From Candidatus Woesearchaeota archaeon (GTDB lineage Archaea > Nanobdellota > Nanobdellia > Woesearchaeales > UBA9642), in contig DUIB01000009.1 in assembly GCA_013330595.1 (NCBI GenBank), positions 74 through 64,073 on the forward strand: a stretch of 64,000 nt of DNA. Reading direction: 5' to 3'. The notes beneath the pieces are model-generated. The model had not been told where the DNA came from. It saw nothing but the letters and a program-made list of their open reading frames with translations, and did not search any database. Position 1 is the stretch's first letter, and each line of letters starts with the position of its first letter. Shown piece after piece: positions 28,457 through 38,087 of this stretch. Position numbers and translations under genes: made by a program.

Positions 28457-30025
28457 ATGTGCGGGATAATAGGTGTTATTTCTAAAGAGAACAGCGAAGA
28501 GTTAGGTGCATTGATACAACATGGGCTATATCAATTGCAGAATAGGGGAGATTATTCCGCAGGGATTGCTGTCATAAAAAAATTACCTGTTTCAAGACAA
28601 GAATATAGGCGATTAAGAAGAATTGCAGCAGAACATACAGTATCAGATTTTGATCCATTAACAATAGAGAAAGGGCATGGAAAGGTTTCAGAAGTCTTTA
28701 ATGAGAATAGGTTAAAAAGACTTGTAGGATTCATGGGTGTCGGCCAGGTAAGATATCCTACAGCTGGTTATACAGTAAAGCCTGAACATAATAATCTTCC
28801 TCCTGAGGAAAAGAATTTGATGAAAATGGCAAACATTCAGCCAATACATACATCATTCGGCAGGATAGCTATAGTGCATAATGGTGATATACATAACTAT
28901 CATGATATCATGAGTGATTTTCTCAGTATAAAGATAAGGATCGCTAGCAGTAATGATTTAGAAGCCATACTGCTTATCTTTTCTAAAGAATTCTTTGACA
29001 TTGCAGAAAATGTTCCAGATTTTGAAAGATTAACATTAACAGTTAAAAAAGTATTTGAGTTGGCGAAAGGTACGTACAGTGCATTAGCTGTAGTGAATAA
29101 TGTTGGTCTTGTAGCATTCCGCGATCCAGAAGGCAGGAGACCGCTTTTCTTTGGCGTAAAGAAAGACCAAAATGGAGAAATAACTGATTATGCATTCGCA
29201 TCTGAGACAGTAGCCTTAGAAAAGATGTTATTCAAAGGAACATTAGAACAAAAGTATGCTACTGGAAGAAATGCTTTTGATGAAGTAAAACCCGGAGAAC
29301 TTGTCTTCATACGCAAAGACTTTAATTTCCATAGAAGACAGGTAATTGCACCTAATCTAAAGACTTGTCCTTTTGAAGGATCATATTTTGCAAGAGCATC
29401 CTCATTCATTAATAATACGAGAGTCAAAAGAATCCGACAGAACATTATCGAAGCTATGTGGAAAAGATTCATAACAACACCAAACTATGATAAAATAAAA
29501 GGCGATGAAGACAATACAATAATATGTCCAGTACCGAGAACTGCTGAATCAGCAGCGACACATCTTTCAAATCTTACAGGCATAAATTTTAATAACGCCA
29601 TAGAGAAACATCCTTTCTCTCCACGCATATTCCTACAACCTACACAGCAGCACAGGCTGATAGACACTATTGCAGACCATTATATCTTTGAAGAAGAGGT
29701 TAAGGGGAAAAAAATAATACTTATTGATGATTCAATAGTCAGGGGAACAACTTTAAGGCATATAATAAAATATTTGAAGGCGTTTAATGTAAAAGAACTG
29801 CATGTATTCATAACATTCCCTGAAATAAGACATCCATGTATGCATGCCATAGATTTTCATACAGCAGAAGAGCTTATTGCTGATGATAAAAATCTTGATC
29901 AGATAAAGACTGAACTAGGACTTGATCATAATGATTCATTGTTCTATGCACTTCCTGAAGAGATAAAGATTGCTAATAATTTCTTAAATATTAATATGTG
30001 CGATGAGTGTTATAAGAAGGCTTGA
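28457..30025 (+). CDS. purF: Amidophosphoribosyltransferase
   Basis: N-terminal MCGII, LQNRG, RYPTAG, HNG, RDP.G.RPL, CPFE..YFAR, DDSIVRGTT. Confidence 0.9.
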   Translation: MCGIIGVISKENSEELGALIQHGLYQLQNRGDYSAGIAVIKKLPVSRQEYRRLRRIAAEHTVSDFDPLTIEKGHGKVSEVFNENRLKRLVGFMGVGQVRYPTAGYTVKPEHNNLPPEEKNLMKMANIQPIHTSFGRIAIVHNGDIHNYHDIMSDFLSIKIRIASSNDLEAILLIFSKEFFDIAENVPDFERLTLTVKKVFELAKGTYSALAVVNNVGLVAFRDPEGRRPLFFGVKKDQNGEITDYAFASETVALEKMLFKGTLEQKYATGRNAFDEVKPGELVFIRKDFNFHRRQVIAPNLKTCPFEGSYFARASSFINNTRVKRIRQNIIEAMWKRFITTPNYDKIKGDEDNTIICPVPRTAESAATHLSNLTGINFNNAIEKHPFSPRIFLQPTQQHRLIDTIADHYIFEEEVKGKKIILIDDSIVRGTTLRHIIKYLKAFNVKELHVFITFPEIRHPCMHAIDFHTAEELIADDKNLDQIKTELGLDHNDSLFYALPEEIKIANNFLNINMCDECYKKA

Positions 30026-30038
30026 TCAACACCATAAT

Positions 30039-30114
30039 CTTTAATCTTAGTTTAGAGTAATCTAAATCTCCCATGAGCATAAAGAAAAGAATCCTTAATT
30101 TAAATGTTGCGGAA
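30039..30114 (-). repeat. Orphan copy of the gatE promoter and first codons (MLMGDLDYSKLRLK)
   Basis: 63/76 nt ungapped identity to 23803-23878. Confidence 0.9.
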
Positions 30115-30216
30115 CGAATAAATTTAGAGAAGGCCGTAAATTTTTCGTATACGAAAGAAATATTTATAAAGATCATTGTTGTCTTAAACATATTATCACT
30201 ATTGAGGGGTGTTAAA

Positions 30217-30474
30217 TTGGCAAGCATTTTGTTTATAGATATTCCTTCAATACCTAAAGAATGGAAAGGCAACGAAAGAGAGACAGTCTCTTTGAAGTAT
30301 GCAGCTCATGATATTTTGTATGATAAACATAGTCTAAGATATCCTTACCAGCGTCAGAGAAAACAATTCACTAGAGGTTTTCTTACTATGACACAATATT
30401 TAAAGGAACATGGCCATACAGCGAAGTATATATCTTATTCTGATCCTGATTTTGATATTCAATTGCAACAGTAG
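30217..30474 (+). pseudogene. Probable truncated N-terminus of a B12-binding radical SAM-type protein
   Basis: TTG after GAGGGGTG; ILFID...GFL....YLKEHGH pattern then early stop; no CxxxCxxC. Confidence 0.35.
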
Positions 30475-30502
30475 CCTGAAGAAATAGACTGGAGGACATG
30501 AT

Positions 30503-31156
30503 ATGACTATTGCCTTTATAGAAGGACTGCCCGCAGGAGGAAAAACTCATCTCATAAAATATATCGAATCAAAAGGGTATAGAATTATTGATGAATTAGG
30601 GAGAGTGCTCAAGCCAGACGAATTTCCAGGTGATGGAAAAACAATTGACGAAATATTGAGAATACATGATTGGTTCATAGATAAAGAGCATGTCAGGTTC
30701 GAAAAAGCACCAGAAGGGATCTTTGAAAGATCATTTATGACACAATTAGGATATGCATTTGCGTATCCCAGATACATGAATCTTAATTCATTCGAGAAGG
30801 GTGTTGATAAATATGCTGATGCCATCTCGTCAGACTGGCTACCCTTGCCAGATTTACTTTTTTATGTCTCTATTAGTGTTGAAGACTCTATTAAGAGACA
30901 AAGATATAGATATTTAAATAAGGAACAGGCAGCTCTACCTGAATTCTGGACAACAGAATCATTTCTTAATGATCTCGTAAGAGCAGATAATGCTTTAATA
31001 TCATCAATGAGTGGTATTACGGTTGTGAAAGTAGATGGAAATCTTACGACAGAACAGAAATATAAGCAAGTGGAGCATTATCTTATGAATATGGACGCGT
31101 ATGCTTCTGCCAATAAAAATATTGATATAGATAGATTTTTGCAAGAACTAAAATGA
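30503..31156 (+). CDS. P-loop nucleoside/nucleotide kinase (dTMP kinase/dNK-like)
   Basis: IEGLPAGGKT, FERS, PDL. Confidence 0.75.
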   Translation: MTIAFIEGLPAGGKTHLIKYIESKGYRIIDELGRVLKPDEFPGDGKTIDEILRIHDWFIDKEHVRFEKAPEGIFERSFMTQLGYAFAYPRYMNLNSFEKGVDKYADAISSDWLPLPDLLFYVSISVEDSIKRQRYRYLNKEQAALPEFWTTESFLNDLVRADNALISSMSGITVVKVDGNLTTEQKYKQVEHYLMNMDAYASANKNIDIDRFLQELK

Positions 31157-32403
31157 ACAGTATTACACTTGTCTTGTTGTATGGAATAGTGATTTATTCA
31201 TGCATGATGGCAATCTCCCAAACAATAAGATTAAGACTAACTTTACAATATCTTTCAAGAAATAAAAAAGGTTATGAAGGAATTCAAAAACATAGAAATG
31301 TAATTATAATTATTCCTGTATATGAGGAGTCTAAAATTATACATAAAACAGTCCAACATTTTTCTCGAATAATTGATGATTCAATATCATTAGTTTTTGT
31401 AACTACACAAAAAGAAGGTAATCCTAAAGATAATTTAACACATATGGCATTACGTAAAGTTATTTCAAAAAACATTTCCATAATACATTATCCTTACACA
31501 AAAGGAGATAAATCCCATCAAATAAACTATGCAATTAATTCACTTTCGAAATTACGTATCAAAAAAGAGTTATACTTTGCAATATTCGATGCTGACTCTA
31601 GGCCTGATCCTAAAGGTATTTCTTATGTATTATGTGATACCAAGGCCGAACCAATTTATCAGATGTTAAGCATTTATTCTAATAATTATTCTCATTTATC
31701 TCCAATAAATAAAGCAAATGCATTATTCCAAACTCGCTGGTCTTTGAGCTTTGAAGGATATAATATGAAACGTAACTACACCTCTAGAAAATTAACTATT
31801 CCAATGTACACTATTGGTCATGGGCTTTTTATACGTGCCGATATAGCCTCCCGAAATAAATTTCCGACAGGAACTTTAGCTGAGGACATATCTTTAGGTT
31901 ACCGTTTATGCTATAAAGGAATATATCCAAAACTTGTTCCATATTGGGAATATTGTGGTGTTCCTTCAAGTATTGCTGTGAATATTAAACAAAGTGCGAG
32001 ATGGTTCGCAGGAGAATTAAATTTGTGGCATGAATATAAGCTCATTTCGAAAAAATCATGGTCTCTTAAAAGGCTGCTTCATACTATTAAGAGATCATTC
32101 TATCTTGCGCAATGGATTTTAGGTTCGATAATTATTTTATCGTTATTAATTATCTCTCTGCTATTCAAAGAATACCTATTGACAAGTATAACCCTGCTCT
32201 TTGTTTTCTTATATGCTTTCTATTTGCATCATATAACAAAAAAGATTTTTAATAAGAGATTCGTAAAGAATGGCCTGTCTTTATATTTTTACTTTATTAT
32301 TAAAGGCTTGCTCGACTGTTGTGGTCCTATATATGCAATTTACAGAATTATATTATCAAAGCTCGGCATAAGTCCATATTATTTTTATAAGACTCCAAGA
32401 TAA
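31153..32403 (+). CDS. Membrane glycosyltransferase family 2
   Basis: IIPVYEE, K..Q.N, FDADS, AED, Q..RW; TM helices. Confidence 0.85.
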   Translation: MNSITLVLLYGIVIYSCMMAISQTIRLRLTLQYLSRNKKGYEGIQKHRNVIIIIPVYEESKIIHKTVQHFSRIIDDSISLVFVTTQKEGNPKDNLTHMALRKVISKNISIIHYPYTKGDKSHQINYAINSLSKLRIKKELYFAIFDADSRPDPKGISYVLCDTKAEPIYQMLSIYSNNYSHLSPINKANALFQTRWSLSFEGYNMKRNYTSRKLTIPMYTIGHGLFIRADIASRNKFPTGTLAEDISLGYRLCYKGIYPKLVPYWEYCGVPSSIAVNIKQSARWFAGELNLWHEYKLISKKSWSLKRLLHTIKRSFYLAQWILGSIIILSLLIISLLFKEYLLTSITLLFVFLYAFYLHHITKKIFNKRFVKNGLSLYFYFIIKGLLDCCGPIYAIYRIILSKLGISPYYFYKTPR

Positions 32404-32404
32404 A

Positions 32405-33004
32405 TCAATAAGGGATATAATTTATTTTTTTTATTGAAAAATCATCATCTTCTATTACTAATTCATTAATACAGCAATTACCTTGCCCTATTTTGAATCT
32501 TAATCCATAAGGGATACGAAGATAATGTCCTATAATACCTATGTTTAGACTTCCATGACCAACAAGAAGAATTGTTTTACCCATATTTTTATTTATTATC
32601 TCTTTTAGTTTTGGGATAGCCCGTTTTTCAACATCCTTAAGGTTTTCTCCACGAGGAAATTTCGGATCTGTAAGATTAATCCAACCCTTATGCAATTCAG
32701 GATACTTTGTAATGACTTCGTCTCTTTTCATAAGAGTGCATATTCCACAATCTATCTCTATAAATTCCGGAATTGTTTTTATTTCTAACTTATGATGTTT
32801 TCTTATTATGTTTGCAGTGTCCTGTGCTCTTTTAAGAGGTGATGAGACAATGAGGTTTATCTCCTCTTTTGATAATCTCTCTGATAATGCATTAGCTTGT
32901 TTTATTCCATTAGGGGTGAGCATTGTTTCATGCTGTCCATCGAGCCTTCCTTCCTTGTTGCTGTCTGTCTCTCCATGTCTTACAATGATGAGTCTGGTTT
33001 TCAT
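32405..33004 (-). CDS. Histidine phosphatase family protein
   Basis: RHGET, SSPLKRA, E..G, GE, HG. Confidence 0.9.
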   Translation of the reverse strand: MKTRLIIVRHGETDSNKEGRLDGQHETMLTPNGIKQANALSERLSKEEINLIVSSPLKRAQDTANIIRKHHKLEIKTIPEFIEIDCGICTLMKRDEVITKYPELHKGWINLTDPKFPRGENLKDVEKRAIPKLKEIINKNMGKTILLVGHGSLNIGIIGHYLRIPYGLRFKIGQGNCCINELVIEDDDFSIKKINYIPY

Positions 33005-33567
33005 TTAATCACCTTTTCTAATACATAAATGCCTAAGTGAGCATACTTAGGATTTTTTGAATATGTATAGACCCTCTTAATAAAAATTCTTCTGAAATCC
33101 ATGCCTCTAAGAGAAGTATCACTCCAAAAATATTTGTGCTTTTCATAAGGATTTCCATTATAATCTCTCTGAGGATATGGGGTAATTGGTGTTGAAATAA
33201 CAACAAATACGTTTGCTTTTTTTATGATTTCTGATAATATTCTAGTTCCATCTCTTTTATTGAAATGCTCTATGATATCTATTAGCAAAACGCAATCATA
33301 TTTTTTTTTGTTATTTTTAAGAAATGTGCGAATATCTTCAAAATAAATAGTGTCATAGAATTTCCATTGAGGATGTTTATATGGTTTCCATATCTCCACA
33401 CCAGTCAGTTTAATATTTTTTTTAACTTTTTTTTTAATTATTGCCCCAAAATCCCCTTCTCCAATACCTAAATCAAGAACTGTAATACTTTTTTTATTTA
33501 TGGAAGGAATTTTATTAATTAAGTATTTTGTTATAGGATATTTATTGCATGGATCGCTTTTTGACAC
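33001..33567 (-). CDS. Class I SAM-dependent methyltransferase
   Basis: VLDLGIGEG, DIIEH, STP. Confidence 0.85.
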   Translation of the reverse strand: MSKSDPCNKYPITKYLINKIPSINKKSITVLDLGIGEGDFGAIIKKKVKKNIKLTGVEIWKPYKHPQWKFYDTIYFEDIRTFLKNNKKKYDCVLLIDIIEHFNKRDGTRILSEIIKKANVFVVISTPITPYPQRDYNGNPYEKHKYFWSDTSLRGMDFRRIFIKRVYTYSKNPKYAHLGIYVLEKVIK

Positions 33568-33667
33568 ATTAACATAAAAAATTATTTATTTATAAATGTT
33601 TGCGATTATGTGTTGCTAATAGACTAATATAATAGATTATGGAAATATTTTTAAGTCAACTAATACC

Positions 33668-34099
33668 TTGAAAAGTATGAGCTTTAATGATACAGACAGT
33701 GCTATACAAGAAAAACCTAAGATTCTTGAAAAAGAAGTCAATATTTATTGGGATTGTATTATATCTGCAAGTGAAATTGCAGAATATTTTCAACTTCCTT
33801 ATGTGCCTATCGAGACATTGCCTAAAGAATCAATAATGCTTCCTTCGTTATTGTTTCCGGGTTTTCAAATATATAATGGAAGTAAATTTTTTCCGTTAAA
33901 GAAATACGCTTCTAATGGGAATTCTGAGGCATTAGTGAGAGAATTAGAGGAAGTTGTTAAAGATTTAGAAAATAAAGGTCATATTACCAATAATCATATT
34001 AATATATTTGTTCCGGATTTTAGTTTGAAGAATCATATTAAGTATTTTCAGGATAATTTTTCTTCTATAAAACATTATAAACAAAATGATTATGACTAG
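33668..34099 (+). CDS. Hypothetical protein
   Basis: 143-aa ORF filling the gap; no motif recognised. Confidence 0.4.
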   Translation: MKSMSFNDTDSAIQEKPKILEKEVNIYWDCIISASEIAEYFQLPYVPIETLPKESIMLPSLLFPGFQIYNGSKFFPLKKYASNGNSEALVRELEEVVKDLENKGHITNNHINIFVPDFSLKNHIKYFQDNFSSIKHYKQNDYD

Positions 34100-35337
34100 A
34101 ATTCTCCCCTAAAATCTTTCATGAATTCTTCTTTGACATCAAGTTTCTGTGATAGAAGCCATGCTAGCTTGATGAAAGATGTTTCAGGGCATAATGATGA
34201 TTGATTGCCAATGACTCCCAAGTCTTGTAGCTCCCTTCCAGGACTATAGACATTCATATTGACAACTCCTGAAATTGTCTGTGTTGCCATTACAACAGGC
34301 ATCTTCTTGCATAATTCAGCAATTGCCTCTTTTATCTTATTATGCTCTTTTGTGTTATCATCAATCTCAGTTATTGGCATATGCCCTAGGCCTGTTCCTT
34401 CAAGAATCAATCCATCAAAATTTTTGTATGAAAGCAATTCTTCATGATACATATTAGGATGACTTATGACTATTCCGATCTTTAACCTATCGTCAAATAA
34501 ATGTAATGTCATTTTTCCTTTTCCATTCAATGCAGAGCCAGGATATTCTGAAATGTATTCAATCTGTTTTGTGAAGAAATTGATTCTTGCAATTGGCTGC
34601 TTGTTTATCTGCTGGAAAGCATCTCTTCTTGAGGAATGCATTTTTCTTGCATTAAGCCCATTTAGTATAATGCAGGAATCATCTGAAATATTCTCATGCA
34701 TGCAGATGAAGACTCCATTAAGAGAGGTATTTGCAATAAATGAAACAGCACTAATAAGGTTTGTTGCACTATCACTGCTTCCTCTATCTGAGCTTCTCTG
34801 ACTGCCGACAATAACAACAGGCAATGGAAGATTCTCAAAAATAAAGCTTAATGCAGCTGAAGTATAATGCATTGTATCAGTTCCGTGAGTGATGATTATC
34901 CCCTTATATTTCCCTGATTCTTTTTCAATCTCTTTAGCAATAATATTATAATGCTCAAACCTCATATCATCAGACCACATATTCCTGAAAAGCCTGCTTT
35001 CAATATTTGCCAGATCTTTTATTTCAGGAAACATCTCTATCAATTCATGAGGCTCAAAGCTAGCATTGACAGCTCCCGTCTTGTAATCAACCTTGCTTGC
35101 AATAGTGCCACCCGTATGCAAGATAAGAATTTTCGGTAGAGAATGATCCTGGACATGATTCGGCTTAGAAATATCTTTTGTTTGATCATAAGATTGTTTC
35201 TCAATCCTCTCAACCTTATTCTTCAAGATCCCAATATTATACCCGCTATCCAGCTTGACAGTATAATGCTTATCATCCTCATTAACAAGGATCCCTTCAA
35301 TGACCTCATGCCTTAAATGCAGTTTTATCTGGTGCAT
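34096..35337 (-). CDS. gatD: Glu-tRNA(Gln) amidotransferase subunit D
   Basis: KLDSGYNIG, TGGTIAS.VDY.TGAV, HGTDTM, GSQRSSDR, KMHSSRRDAF. Confidence 0.96.
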   Translation of the reverse strand: MHQIKLHLRHEVIEGILVNEDDKHYTVKLDSGYNIGILKNKVERIEKQSYDQTKDISKPNHVQDHSLPKILILHTGGTIASKVDYKTGAVNASFEPHELIEMFPEIKDLANIESRLFRNMWSDDMRFEHYNIIAKEIEKESGKYKGIIITHGTDTMHYTSAALSFIFENLPLPVVIVGSQRSSDRGSSDSATNLISAVSFIANTSLNGVFICMHENISDDSCIILNGLNARKMHSSRRDAFQQINKQPIARINFFTKQIEYISEYPGSALNGKGKMTLHLFDDRLKIGIVISHPNMYHEELLSYKNFDGLILEGTGLGHMPITEIDDNTKEHNKIKEAIAELCKKMPVVMATQTISGVVNMNVYSPGRELQDLGVIGNQSSLCPETSFIKLAWLLSQKLDVKEEFMKDFRGEF

Positions 35338-35368
35338 GATCAGATAGAATATTTATGGCTTATAAAGT

Positions 35369-36037
35369 TTATGTGGTATCCATCTTGTCTAATATTTCGT
35401 ATAATATTTTTCTAGATTCTAATAAAGTTTTGGCTGAATATTCTTTTCCCAATCTAATATTTTTTCCTATATATCTAAATAACTCATTCATCTTCTTTAA
35501 GCATAACTTATCTTCATAATTAGAATTTGTGATATCGCAATCATTTATTTTTTGATATATATTTGCATGTTTTCCTCTTTCTTGTGTTTTCAAATAATCA
35601 ATAGAGTTTAAATCTCCTTTAAGTATTGTTGATTTCTTTAATATTTCTTCCATATTTGCATTTGAATTAATATCCGGTGTCCAATCGAGTATCATTTGCT
35701 GGTATGATGGATAAGTCATTAGATGCAAAGCCAGATCACCATTGTCATATTTTCCGAGATGCAATGCCTCTTCTTGATTGTTAAAACAGGAAAACCTTAT
35801 TAACTTTTTTCCATATTTATCGTTTAATCTATTATTAGTGTTATCTAGCAATTCGTGTATTTGTGAAACATATTCAGAGGATTTAATTTCAGGATTTTTT
35901 ATTGCAATAATATCAATATCGTGGTTGATATCTTTGCTTCCAATCACTGCAAATATCGCTATTGAATCTTTATTTTGCAACTCTTCCTTCAATATTGTGT
36001 CGATATCTCGCCACGAGTAGTTAGATAAATTATTCAT
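35369..36037 (-). CDS. Nucleotidyltransferase-like hypothetical protein
   Basis: IGS....HDIDII. Confidence 0.45.
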   Translation of the reverse strand: MNNLSNYSWRDIDTILKEELQNKDSIAIFAVIGSKDINHDIDIIAIKNPEIKSSEYVSQIHELLDNTNNRLNDKYGKKLIRFSCFNNQEEALHLGKYDNGDLALHLMTYPSYQQMILDWTPDINSNANMEEILKKSTILKGDLNSIDYLKTQERGKHANIYQKINDCDITNSNYEDKLCLKKMNELFRYIGKNIRLGKEYSAKTLLESRKILYEILDKMDTT

Positions 36038-36134
36038 TGTAATTACTTAATAGTGGTATTAATATTTATATTTATGCCGCCCCTAAAGGTGTTGTAATAA
36101 CAAAATTTATATATTGTTCAAGCACAATACAAGC

Positions 36135-36827
36135 ATGAATCTAAGAGAGCTAGGATTATCAGAATATGAAGAGAAAGCATACACTACATTAATCAAATTA
36201 GGCAAAACATCTGCATCAGAGATAAGCAGAAATAGTCAAGTCAGTTATGGAAAAATCTATGAGGTGTTAGCCTCACTTGAACAAAAAGGATTGATCAAAA
36301 CCATTCCTGAGAATACAAAAAAATTCATTGCATCTGACCCAGAAAATCTTATGCATTTAGTGAATAAGAAAGAGGAAGAATTGTTAGAGATAAAAAATAG
36401 TATCCGCGAACTTAAACAAATATATTCTGAAAAAGAACAGGAACCAGTACTTGTCGCTAAGGGCAAAAATAATTGGCATAAATTAGAAAAGGAGCTTAAA
36501 GCAAGTGAAAAATATTATTACTCAATAAAGTACGATTTTAGTTTCCGACCAGAATTTGTGAGACAAACAAAACAACTTATCTCACAAAAAATCGATTATC
36601 GAGTAATAGGAAGGTTTGATAAAGAGACTGAAAATAATATTAAACAGTGGAAAAAAATAATAACAAACATAAAGCCAATAGAGAATAATGGCGTGACAAT
36701 GTCGATAATAGACGATGAAGAACTGATGATCGGACTGATCAAGTCAAACACCTCAATGCTGATCAAAGACAAGTCCTTTGTCCAATTGATGAAGACATTG
36801 TTTGTTGATTATTATCAAAAACATTAA
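36135..36827 (+). CDS. TrmB family transcriptional regulator
   Basis: LGLSEYE.KAY..L...G...ASEISR.S.V...KIYEVL.SL..KGL. Confidence 0.88.
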   Translation: MNLRELGLSEYEEKAYTTLIKLGKTSASEISRNSQVSYGKIYEVLASLEQKGLIKTIPENTKKFIASDPENLMHLVNKKEEELLEIKNSIRELKQIYSEKEQEPVLVAKGKNNWHKLEKELKASEKYYYSIKYDFSFRPEFVRQTKQLISQKIDYRVIGRFDKETENNIKQWKKIITNIKPIENNGVTMSIIDDEELMIGLIKSNTSMLIKDKSFVQLMKTLFVDYYQKH

Positions 36828-36848
36828 AAATACGTACAACAATAATCC

Positions 36849-38087
36849 ATGATGGAAGTGTTATTAATATTGTTGGGCATAGGAATTATTTTGTTCATTA
36901 GTTTCTTAGCAGAACTGTTCTTTAAAAAAACTCATGTTCCGGATGTACTGTTTTTGCTTTTATTAGGAATAATTATTGGTCCTGGTGTGTTGGGATACGT
37001 AAATCCAAATGATTTGGAAATCTATGCGCCATTATTTACCACAGTCGCATTATTATTCTTGCTTTATGAAGGAGGCTTTAACATAGATCTGAATTCATTT
37101 GTAAAGGGTGCTTTGAAGAGTCTTCAAGTTACAATATTCAATTTCTTTATATCATCAATAGTTATTTCGGTGATTTTGTACTTGTTTGATTTTACATTAT
37201 TGCAGTCATTATTGACAGGCTTTACTTTAGGTGGCATAAGCTCTGCATTTGTCATACCTTTAATAAAAGAATTGAGAATAAAAAAAACCACACAATCCAT
37301 ATTGACATTTGAATCGGCATTGACGGATGTGCTATGCATAATCTTTGCATTTGCAATCATAAAAATCATATCGCTTAATAGCATCGACCTCACAAGTGTA
37401 TTATACTCCTTTTTCCTTCTGTTCTTCATTGCTGCATTTATAGGGATGTGTGCAGGATTATTTTGGATATTCCTAATTGCAGAAGTGTTCAAGGAAAAAA
37501 TCACTTTCATGTCTACAATAGCATATATAGTTTTAGTATATGTGTTCTCTGAACTAATAGGTGCCAATGGTGCTATTGCAGTATTGTTGCTTGGATTAAC
37601 CTTAAGGAATTCTGAGCCTATAACAAGGAAGATTTTAGAAATAAAGCATACAGACAGGTGGGAGATTAGAAAAATAGAGGGAATAGTCATAGTTCGCGCA
37701 CATGAAGAATTATTTTATAGTCAAATCTCATTTTTCTTGAAGACATTTTTCTTTGTATATATAGGAATACTGTTCAATATAAAGGATACCTATGTGTTAT
37801 TGATTGCTGCGATTATCTCGGTAATATTATTGTCAGCTCGCAGATTATTAGGAGTGATAACAAGAGACTTTGACAAGTACGATAGGGCCATAACAATGTC
37901 GATGTTTGCCAGAGGATTAGCGGCTGCTGCGATTGCACAAGTCATAATTTCTAATAAAATTCCACAAGCCAATATCATAGCAGAAATAATCTATAATGTG
38001 ATAATCTTCACCATGATACTTAGTTCAATAGTAATATTCATAGAAAAAAGAAAGCATTTCAAGGAAGTGCTATCTCACCCAAAATAG
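36849..38087 (+). CDS. Cation:proton antiporter (CPA1/NhaP-like)
   Basis: P.VL.L...GI..GP, LYEGG, FESA.TD, FFFV..G, RG..AA. Confidence 0.88.
   Translation: MMEVLLILLGIGIILFISFLAELFFKKTHVPDVLFLLLLGIIIGPGVLGYVNPNDLEIYAPLFTTVALLFLLYEGGFNIDLNSFVKGALKSLQVTIFNFFISSIVISVILYLFDFTLLQSLLTGFTLGGISSAFVIPLIKELRIKKTTQSILTFESALTDVLCIIFAFAIIKIISLNSIDLTSVLYSFFLLFFIAAFIGMCAGLFWIFLIAEVFKEKITFMSTIAYIVLVYVFSELIGANGAIAVLLLGLTLRNSEPITRKILEIKHTDRWEIRKIEGIVIVRAHEELFYSQISFFLKTFFFVYIGILFNIKDTYVLLIAAIISVILLSARRLLGVITRDFDKYDRAITMSMFARGLAAAAIAQVIISNKIPQANIIAEIIYNVIIFTMILSSIVIFIEKRKHFKEVLSHPK

Noticed and set aside
29991..30216. ORFs 29991-30272 (-) and the 5' part of 30073-30474 (+)
   Set aside because: They run across the duplicated gatE start and promoter; better explained as a repeat remnant
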